14,700 nucleotides of DNA from a virus, in the UHGV virus genome UHGV-0187445. One strand, 5' to 3'. Of this stretch, positions 1 to 5,953 are shown piece by piece. A program made the translations under genes and the position numbers. How positions within the stretch are numbered: position 1 is the stretch's first letter; every line of letters starts with the position of its first letter. The notes beneath the pieces were generated by a model, which saw nothing but the letters and a program-made list of their open reading frames with translations, was not told the origin of the DNA and searched no databases.

Positions 1-122
1 GTCAGCGGCATAACGTCAGTAACGGATGGCGGCCAGTGAAAAATGGTGGCGATATCTGCCACCAGATCGTCAACCGTCAGGCTGTCGGTAAACCGGCAAG
101 CACCGACTTCTTCAACAAAAAA
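1..122 (-). CDS. E': E' extension of the E+E' tail assembly chaperone, copy 1 (partial; reached by -1 frameshift at slippery T TTT TTG, plus-strand 116..122); continues past window start
   Basis: Minus-strand -1 frame downstream of the heptamer is open to position 1 and encodes ...VADIATIFHWPP..., homologous to the copy-2 E' tail (...MADIAVIFHWRP...). Confidence 0.6.
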
Positions 123-379
123 GTGACAACCTCAACCGACATGGCAGTGAGATCTGCCGGGTCCATCTCTGCAATTTCCTGTGCAGTCAGTGCCGGACTG
201 GAGATGCGGGGGATCACGGTCATCATCGCGTTTACATCCATATCCATAATGGCCTGCAGGCGTGTACCGCGCAGCGCACCGGACTGCGGTTTACGCAGCA
301 CAATTTCGGTGATTTCTGTTTTACCGCGCTTGATGGGGGTATCCAGTTGAATGGTCTTTTCAGTCTGCTTATCGCTCAT
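77..379 (-). CDS. E: Phage tail assembly chaperone gpE (P2 E family), copy 1
   Basis: 100 aa ORF directly downstream of tube gene; contains in-frame ACT TTT TTG slippery heptamer near 3' end; position and size as P2 E. Confidence 0.85.
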   Translation of the reverse strand: MSDKQTEKTIQLDTPIKRGKTEITEIVLRKPQSGALRGTRLQAIMDMDVNAMMTVIPRISSPALTAQEIAEMDPADLTAMSVEVVTFLLKKSVLAGLPTA

Positions 380-433
380 TTTGCTGTCCTGTCAATTGGG
401 TTCTGGCGCGGTATCCCGCGCCGTTCAGATATA

Positions 434-949
434 TCAGAGGCCGAGGGCGTTGCGGTGCGCTTCCATCAGGTCCACACCGTCCACAATTTCCACCATGTTG
501 ATAAGGTCCACTTCATAGAGCACCTCACCATTGATGGTCAGCTTCGCGTAGCTGTTGGTACTGGTCACTTTGGTGGTGTTGCTTTCGCCCGTCTTCCACT
601 CGCCGGAATCCACTTCTTTGTGACGTCCACGCACGACAAGCTCCACGGCCTGCACTTCCCCGGTATCGTCACGCTGGATAGAGCCGGTAAAGCGCAGTTG
701 GATGCCATCCACCGTGGATTTGCCCATCTGCTTAAACAGCAGCAGTTCAGTACCACCAATGGAAAATTCTGTGTCCAGCGCACTGTCATCAAGCCCCAGA
801 TCCACATCCACCGCACCCGGCATTCCGCCGCCGCGATACTTCTCATATTTGCGGGTAAATTTCGGCAGCGTCAGCGACTCAACGATCCCCTGCCAGTTGT
901 TCCCGTCGTTAAACAGGTTCAGGTGTTTTAATTTGCGTGGTAAAGCCAT
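434..949 (-). CDS. FII: Phage major tail tube protein (P2 FII family), copy 1
   Basis: 171 aa, MALPRKLK... N-terminus and ...HRNALGL C-terminus typical of P2 FII; immediately downstream of sheath gene. Confidence 0.9.
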   Translation of the reverse strand: MALPRKLKHLNLFNDGNNWQGIVESLTLPKFTRKYEKYRGGGMPGAVDVDLGLDDSALDTEFSIGGTELLLFKQMGKSTVDGIQLRFTGSIQRDDTGEVQAVELVVRGRHKEVDSGEWKTGESNTTKVTSTNSYAKLTINGEVLYEVDLINMVEIVDGVDLMEAHRNALGL

Positions 950-958
950 GTTGTCCCC

Positions 959-2131
959 TTACGCGCTGACCTGGCTGGCGAAATTCACCAGGTACTGATC
1001 GGTGATGCGCTGACGCAGCATCAGGTTTTCAAGTGGCGGCACTGGCGTGTAGTCGTAGTCGATGGTGAGTTTTCCGGCTTTCAGCGTGTCTTTGTCGTTC
1101 ACCGACTCATCCAGCCAGCAATCACCACCAATGAGATAGCCCTGACTGACCAGGCTGCGCATTTTGGCGCGGATGCCCTCGATAATGTCGCGCGCCAGCG
1201 ACGGGTTCAGCGGTTTGTCCACTGCCCACATGTGTGCTTCTGCCATCGTGTCCATCAGCACCTGCGCCGTGCGGGTGTAGTTTTCGAAGGCAAAGAGCGG
1301 GTCATCACTCAGGCAGCGGGAACCCCAGAAGCGGAAACCGTCTTTGCGGATAAGGGTGGTGACGTCGTTCTGGTTCAGCAGTCCAGCATCGGTTGCCGTG
1401 TCCTGCAGATCCCAGAACACATCAGCAGAAATTCCAGTGACACCGTTAACGCCCACATTGGACAGGCTTTTGTGCCATCCGGTCTGCTCGTCAATTTTGG
1501 CGCGCAGACCAAGCGCACGAGCGGTGGCATATGCCGTTGCTTCGGCATTCAGCACCGTGTCCCAGCCAGTAAAGTCAGGCCAGATCAGCATCCCTTCGCG
1601 CTGGCTGAAGTTTTCGCGGTAAGTGATCGCCTCCTGCACTGTCTTGCAGCCATACGCTGACAGGTAAGCAAATCCACGCAGGCTTTGCGCCACGCTCAGC
1701 AACTCAGTAGCCACCGCCTTGGTGTCGTGGCCTGGCACGCCGAGAATGCGCGGTTTAACGCCGAGCTGTGACTGGGCAGATAACAGGGCTTTCATACCTG
1801 TTTTTTTACCTTCAGCAGTCACTGCGCCGATGATATTGGTCGTGGTTTCGTCTTCCGTTTCACCCTGCGGCACACGCACAACAATGGTCACGGGTTTTGC
1901 CTGGTCAGCGATGGCATCCAGCGAACGGGCCAGAGTACCGGACTCACCCGCTTTACCGCTGGCAGTCAGCACATCAGTGATCAGCACGGGTTTATTAAGA
2001 GGAAACATTTTTGCATCGGCATCATCGCCCGTGCAGACCATACCCACGATGGCGGTGCTCACCGTGGTAATAGATCGGGTGCCTTCGTTGACTTCAACAA
2101 CGCGCACCCCGTGGTGGTAATCCTGAGCCAT
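959..2131 (-). CDS. FI: Phage contractile tail sheath protein (P2 FI family), copy 1
   Basis: 390 aa; ...DYHHGV...[13 protein letters not shown]...[12 protein letters not shown]... motifs typical of P2 FI; AGGAGG RBS 8 nt upstream of ATG at 2131. Confidence 0.9.
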   Translation of the reverse strand: MAQDYHHGVRVVEVNEGTRSITTVSTAIVGMVCTGDDADAKMFPLNKPVLITDVLTASGKAGESGTLARSLDAIADQAKPVTIVVRVPQGETEDETTTNIIGAVTAEGKKTGMKALLSAQSQLGVKPRILGVPGHDTKAVATELLSVAQSLRGFAYLSAYGCKTVQEAITYRENFSQREGMLIWPDFTGWDTVLNAEATAYATARALGLRAKIDEQTGWHKSLSNVGVNGVTGISADVFWDLQDTATDAGLLNQNDVTTLIRKDGFRFWGSRCLSDDPLFAFENYTRTAQVLMDTMAEAHMWAVDKPLNPSLARDIIEGIRAKMRSLVSQGYLIGGDCWLDESVNDKDTLKAGKLTIDYDYTPVPPLENLMLRQRITDQYLVNFASQVSA

Positions 2132-2207
2132 AGTGGCGAACCTCCTGATTGGATTAGGCTTCGCCCTATGTTGAAGTGATTGTGCCTGACAAACAGCTAA
2201 ACGCAGT

Positions 2208-2225
2208 TGTGTCGTTATTCACACA
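2208..2225 (-). promoter_or_regulatory. TGT-N12-ACA dyad (P2 late-promoter Ogr/Delta-type activator site), candidate P_F of module 1
   Basis: TGTgtcgttattcacACA seen directly; centre about 85 bp upstream of FI(1) ATG. Confidence 0.5.
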
Positions 2226-2273
2226 AAATAACGGTATTTGTCTGCTTGCAGGGATAATCAACATAATGCTGAT

Positions 2274-2840
2274 TCAGGGGGATTCATTGATCTTATTTGC
2301 CGGAAATTTTCTATAAATGGTAGAAACGCCTACATCAAAAATCAGTGCAATACGCTGTCTTGATTCTCCGGCCTCGAGTAAACGCCCAATCTGTGCCCAC
2401 TGTTCGGTGGTCAACTTAGGACGGCGTCCACCTACTCTGCCTTTGGCACGAGCTGCAGCCAGCCCTGCCCTGGTACGTTCAACTATCAGTTCGCGTTCCA
2501 TTTCAGCCAGGGCACCCATGACATGAAAAAAGAAACGGCCCATTGGGGTACTGGTATCAATACTGTCAGTCAGGCTTCTGAAATTCACACCACGCTGGCG
2601 CAACTCTTCTATCAGCGTAACAAGATGCCGCATACTGCGCCCCAACCTGTCCAGCTTCCAGACAACCAGCGTGTCTCCTGCCGATAGTGTCCTGAGTAGT
2701 TTTTTCAGCCCCGGTCTGTCGGACTTAGTGCCACTGATTTTGTCCTCAAAAATCCGCTCACATCCCGCGCAGTTCAGTGCATTACGTTGCAAATCGGTGT
2801 TCTGGTCATTTGTTGACACGCGTACATAGCCAATAAGCAT
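2274..2840 (-). CDS. Serine DNA invertase (Hin/Gin/Pin/Cin family), invertase A
   Basis: 188 aa from ATG at 2840 (AGGGGG RBS 6 nt upstream; ORF track start 2846 is 2 codons further). MLIGYVRVSTNDQ catalytic-serine N-terminus, ...GRFFFHVMGALAEMERELIVERT... and C-terminal HTH region typical of the family. Confidence 0.9.
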   Translation of the reverse strand: MLIGYVRVSTNDQNTDLQRNALNCAGCERIFEDKISGTKSDRPGLKKLLRTLSAGDTLVVWKLDRLGRSMRHLVTLIEELRQRGVNFRSLTDSIDTSTPMGRFFFHVMGALAEMERELIVERTRAGLAAARAKGRVGGRRPKLTTEQWAQIGRLLEAGESRQRIALIFDVGVSTIYRKFPANKINESP

Positions 2841-2867
2841 GATCATCCCCCTGAATAAAAACCGGAG

Positions 2868-3389
2868 ATGATGCCAGTTAGCTGTTACCTCTGCATTTTC
2901 TTAAACGTTGGTTTAGGGGAAGGCTCTGCGCTGCCTGTTGGTGTGCCTGTTCCATGGCCTTCAGCCACACCGCCAACAGGCTGGCTGAAATGCAACGGTG
3001 CGGCTTTTTCTGCTGAAGATTACCCTAATCTGGCAAAGGCTTACCCGACGTTAAAATTGCCTGATTTACGCGGTGAGTTTATTCGTGGCTGGGATGGTGG
3101 AAAGGGAGTGGATAGTGGGCGAACTCTGCTTTCAGCACAAGGAGATGCTATCCGAAACATTACCGGGGTGGTTGGCTACAGTTCAATTGGCGATTCACAA
3201 GGGTTATTAGGATACGTGTCAGGGGCCTTTTCGGCTTCGGAGTCAAAAGCTCCCGCATTAAGTGGTGCATCAGCATCCGGGTATCAACGCTCCCTGTATG
3301 CGAATTTTAATGCTTCAGCCGTTGTCCCAACCGCAAATGAGAACCGCCCACGTAACATTGCCTTTAATTATATTGTGAGGGCTGCATAA
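2868..3389 (+). CDS. Tail fibre variable C-terminal cassette (tail-collar-type domain), lacking a constant N-terminal fibre region
   Basis: 173 aa; ...PVGVPVPWPS...GWLKCNGAAFSAEDYPNLAKAYP...LPDLRGEFIRGWD... and C-terminal ...NIAFNYIVRAA resemble Mu S / P1 S-type fibre C-termini; in-frame stop only 3 codons upstream of ATG (2856..2858). Confidence 0.75.
   Translation: MMPVSCYLCIFLNVGLGEGSALPVGVPVPWPSATPPTGWLKCNGAAFSAEDYPNLAKAYPTLKLPDLRGEFIRGWDGGKGVDSGRTLLSAQGDAIRNITGVVGYSSIGDSQGLLGYVSGAFSASESKAPALSGASASGYQRSLYANFNASAVVPTANENRPRNIAFNYIVRAA
2896..2921. repeat. hix/gix-like 26 bp recombination site, left (TTTTCTTAAACG TT GGTTTAGGGGAA; core TT at 2908..2909)
   Basis: Half-sites show 8/12 dyad symmetry around a 2 bp core; resembles Hin-family crossover sites; 55 bp from invertase A start. 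Confidence 0.65.
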
Positions 3390-3991
3390 TGGATAACGCT
3401 GTATTAAATAGCGAGATTATTGCCACGAAGGCAGGGAATATTACCGTCTATAACTATGATGGTGAAATACGGGAATATATTTCCACTTCAAATGAATATC
3501 TTGCCGTTGGTGTTGGTATCCCGGCATATTCCTGTTTAGATTCACCAGGCACATATAAGGCTGGTTATGCTATCTGCCGTTCTGCAGATTTTAACTCATG
3601 GGAATATGTGCCAGACCATCGCGGTGAAATCGTCTATAACACCGAAACGGGAGAAGCCAAAGAAATCACAACTCCGGGTGATTACCCTGAAAATACAACC
3701 ACTATCGCCCCGTTAACGCCATACGATAAATGGGATGGTGAGAAATGGGTGACCGATACTGAGGCACAGCACGGCGCAGCAGTAGATGCAGCAGAAGCAC
3801 AGCGCCAGTCGCTGATTGATACTGCAATGGCCTCCATCAGTCTGATTCAACTGAAATTACAGGCCGGACGGAAGCTGACGCAGGCAGAAACAACCCGCCT
3901 TAACACTGTGCTGGATTACATTGACGTGGTGACGGCAACAGATACCAGCACAGCGCCGGACGTCATCTGGCCTGAACTGCCGGAGGCGTAG
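3389..3991 (+). CDS. Tail fibre assembly chaperone (Tfa/U family)
   Basis: 200 aa; start overlaps upstream stop (TAATG); C-terminal ...DVIWPELPEA motif typical of Tfa proteins. Confidence 0.8.
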   Translation: MDNAVLNSEIIATKAGNITVYNYDGEIREYISTSNEYLAVGVGIPAYSCLDSPGTYKAGYAICRSADFNSWEYVPDHRGEIVYNTETGEAKEITTPGDYPENTTTIAPLTPYDKWDGEKWVTDTEAQHGAAVDAAEAQRQSLIDTAMASISLIQLKLQAGRKLTQAETTRLNTVLDYIDVVTATDTSTAPDVIWPELPEA

Positions 3992-4403
3992 GCCATTCAA
4001 TATCTGGCGCACCGGAAGTATCGACCAGTTCCAGTGCGTACAGATAATCCAGCCACAAATTATATTGCGCCAGTTCCTCACCTTTCAGGCGACAAATCGC
4101 CGCTTTACCAGCCCATTGTCTACTGTTCATATAATCGTTGGCCTGATTAATCAATTGCTGCTTTTTAGTTTCGACTGATGCAATTTGTTCTTCACGTGTT
4201 GGCGGTGGAACATCTGCCCATGCTGGCATTCCATCGTCTCCGGTAATTCTGTACTTACCGTCAGGCGGCGTATCATGGAAATATTCCCTGAAAATAGCTT
4301 CGTCTATATCCACGCCTTTACCTTCGGGCCATTGGCCTTTTGCAGCGTAAACAGACTGGAGGGCATAAGGGTACGCCAGATTATCAACATACAAATATTT
4401 CAT
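3963..4403 (-). CDS. Alternative tail fibre assembly chaperone (Tfa/U' family)
   Basis: 146 aa; C-terminal ...DIEWPTPP... motif; convergent with and overlapping the other tfa by 29 bp. Confidence 0.8.
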   Translation of the reverse strand: MKYLYVDNLAYPYALQSVYAAKGQWPEGKGVDIDEAIFREYFHDTPPDGKYRITGDDGMPAWADVPPPTREEQIASVETKKQQLINQANDYMNSRQWAGKAAICRLKGEELAQYNLWLDYLYALELVDTSGAPDIEWPTPPAVQAR

Positions 4404-4405
4404 AA

Positions 4406-4735
4406 TTAACGCCCTTTCGCGTAGAAGGCTCCACCTTCAAAGCCATAGTTACAATGAGCAACGAAACCTGTTTTCGTCCAGTTAGTTGCGCCCCACATAT
4501 TCCCACCACCAAAACCGCCGTCATATACAATCACTACGTCTGGCTCCTGCGTAAAAGGAATGGTGAAAGTCACATTTGTAGATACCGCCGCGGCGTTATT
4601 CGGGAAATTAATTCTTCCCCACTGTTCAATTGAACCATCAGGCAATTTTTGCCAGCCAGATCCTGATGAATAAGCTGACATATCAGGTATCTGATTTTCC
4701 CCTGTTCCCACATTCCGTTTTGCCGCTTCTCCCAA
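4406..4735 (-). CDS. Alternative tail fibre variable C-terminal cassette (no ATG; ORF-track start is TTG; frame open only to 4759)
   Basis: 109 aa C-terminal glycine-rich fibre tip; N-terminus (..CIFKNVGLGE..) is encoded by the right crossover site and matches the left cassette's CIFLNVGLGE; stop at 4760..4762 immediately outside. Confidence 0.7.
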   Translation of the reverse strand: MGEAAKRNVGTGENQIPDMSAYSSGSGWQKLPDGSIEQWGRINFPNNAAAVSTNVTFTIPFTQEPDVVIVYDGGFGGGNMWGATNWTKTGFVAHCNYGFEGGAFYAKGR

Positions 4736-4752
4736 ACCAACGTTTTTGAAAA
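4727..4752. repeat. hix/gix-like 26 bp recombination site, right (inverted copy; core AA at 4739..4740 on plus strand)
   Basis: Reverse complement reads TTTTCAAAAACG TT GGTTTGGGAGAA, matching the left site at 22 of 26 positions; 54 bp from invertase B start. Confidence 0.65.
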
Positions 4753-4806
4753 TGCATAATTATTAGCCGAATGGCATGATTTATCGTTTTAAAGGAATGA
4801 AAAACC

Positions 4807-5388
4807 ATGCTTATTGGATATGTGCGCGTATCAACAAATGACCAGAACACGGCTTTGCAACGTGATGCGCTTGAGCGGTCAGGATGTGAGCTAATTTTTG
4901 AAGATAAAATGAGCGGGAGAACAGCGGAAAGGCCAGGGCTTAAAAAATTACTAAAGCGCCTTTCTCCAGAAGATACGCTTGTTGTCTGGAAGCTGGATCG
5001 TCTTGGGCGGAGTATGCGGAACTTGGTCATTCTGGTGGAGGAACTAAAGCAACGTTCCGTGAACTTCCGCAGCCTGACTGACAGTATTGATACCTCAACA
5101 CCAATGGGGCGTTTCTTTTTTCATGTTATGGGAGCACTGGCAGAGATGGAGAGAGAATTGATTGTCGAGCGTACGCGTGCAGGACTGGTGGCCGCTCGCG
5201 CGCAGGGAAGGATCGGCGGTAGACGTCCAAAACTAACACCAGAACAATGGGCGCAGGCGGGTAGGTTAATAGCGGCAGGGGAATCGCGCCGGAGGGTTGC
5301 CATAATTTATGATGTTGGGATATCTACGCTTTACAAAAAATTCCCAGCGACCAGAGATAAGAATTCCGGCACGCATGGCCGGTTATAA
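4807..5388 (+). CDS. Serine DNA invertase (Hin/Gin/Pin/Cin family), invertase B
   Basis: 193 aa; AAGGAA RBS; about 80% amino-acid identity by eye to invertase A, in opposite orientation. Confidence 0.9.
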   Translation: MLIGYVRVSTNDQNTALQRDALERSGCELIFEDKMSGRTAERPGLKKLLKRLSPEDTLVVWKLDRLGRSMRNLVILVEELKQRSVNFRSLTDSIDTSTPMGRFFFHVMGALAEMERELIVERTRAGLVAARAQGRIGGRRPKLTPEQWAQAGRLIAAGESRRRVAIIYDVGISTLYKKFPATRDKNSGTHGRL

Positions 5389-5472
5389 CCGTGCTGGCCG
5401 TGTGTATCGAGTACGGTCACTTTTAACGGTGCTGTAGCACGGTCAGTTATGGTGGTGTATTACGGAAGACGA

Positions 5473-5496
5473 AGCGGGCAATGGCCCGCTTTTCTT
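5473..5496 (+). terminator. Rho-independent terminator hairpin (AGCGGGC-aatg-GCCCGCT followed by TTTTCTT), overlapping the stop codon of U on the other strand
   Basis: 7 bp GC-rich stem plus T-tract seen directly; lies between convergent invertase B and U. Confidence 0.6.
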
Positions 5497-5944
5497 ATAT
5501 CGAAAGGTTGGTTTTCACCAGAGAGAAGAGATCGTCGGTAGTGGTTTCAGCCAGCTTTTCCCGTATGTCCTCGCTTACCCGTTTCAGGTTGAGCGTGAAA
5601 TCAATTTTCTTTGCCTTCCCGTCCTTAAAAAACTCCGTCCGGTTTTGCGTGATCTGCTCAATTACATACATGCCGTAGATCCTGCCCGTGCCTTCTATCA
5701 GGGGCCACGGGCGCCCGGAAAAAGCCATAGTTTCCAGCATGACAAGCGACACATCACCGCCGCTTATTTCGGGGTACAGCGTGCCGCTGAGTACGAACGG
5801 TTCTTCATCTGCGCCGATGAACTGATAGCGCGGGGATTTCCCCACGCGATCGTTTTTGACGTGCCGCCAGGAGTTGGTTTTATTCGCACTCTGGTAAGGT
5901 GTGGTTTGCAGTGAAAAGGGGAACATCCCCAGAATCATCATCAT
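5495..5944 (-). CDS. U: Phage tail protein gpU (P2 U family), module 2
   Basis: 149 aa; MMMILGMF... N-terminus and ...WPLIEGTGRIYGMYVIEQ... typical of P2 U; directly downstream of T. Confidence 0.85.
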   Translation of the reverse strand: MMMILGMFPFSLQTTPYQSANKTNSWRHVKNDRVGKSPRYQFIGADEEPFVLSGTLYPEISGGDVSLVMLETMAFSGRPWPLIEGTGRIYGMYVIEQITQNRTEFFKDGKAKKIDFTLNLKRVSEDIREKLAETTTDDLFSLVKTNLSI

Positions 5945-5953
5945 GATATTGCC

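Larger units (their letters stand above)
2892..4756. other. Invertible DNA segment (tail-fibre shufflon; G/C/P-segment-like) bounded by inverted crossover sites
   Basis: About 31 bp imperfect inverted repeat at 2892..2922 and 4726..4756; contents are two divergent fibre C-terminal cassettes and two convergent tfa genes, the canonical layout of Mu G / P1 C / e14 P segments. Confidence 0.8.

Noticed and set aside
36-350. 104 aa plus-strand ORF
   Set aside because: Antisense to the well-supported E and E' genes; no RBS; typical shadow ORF.
347-998. Plus-strand ORFs 347..931 and 702..998, and minus-strand 565..846
   Set aside because: All overlap the tail tube gene FII (434..949, minus) in other frames or antisense; FII has clear family motifs, these do not.
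1232-2120. Plus-strand ORFs 1232..1660, 1344..1622, 1719..2120
   Set aside because: Antisense shadow ORFs inside the tail sheath gene FI (959..2131).
2317-2526. 69 aa plus-strand ORF
   Set aside because: Antisense inside invertase A; its mirror 5121..5303 is antisense inside invertase B.
4683-5030. 115 aa minus-strand ORF
   Set aside because: Spans the crossover site and is antisense to the invertase B 5' end; no family signal.
2274-5388. Interpretation as a flagellar phase-variation switch (Hin/fljBA-like) or as a transposon or IS element
   Set aside because: No flagellin, repressor or transposase genes; the switch cargo is unambiguously tail-fibre cassettes plus tfa genes, and the invertases are serine recombinases, not transposases.
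2274-5388. Interpretation as a Mu G segment or P1 C segment
   Set aside because: The segment contents are Mu/P1-like, but every flanking structural gene is P2-type (FI, FII, E, T, U, D, ogr) and no Mu or P1 genes are present.
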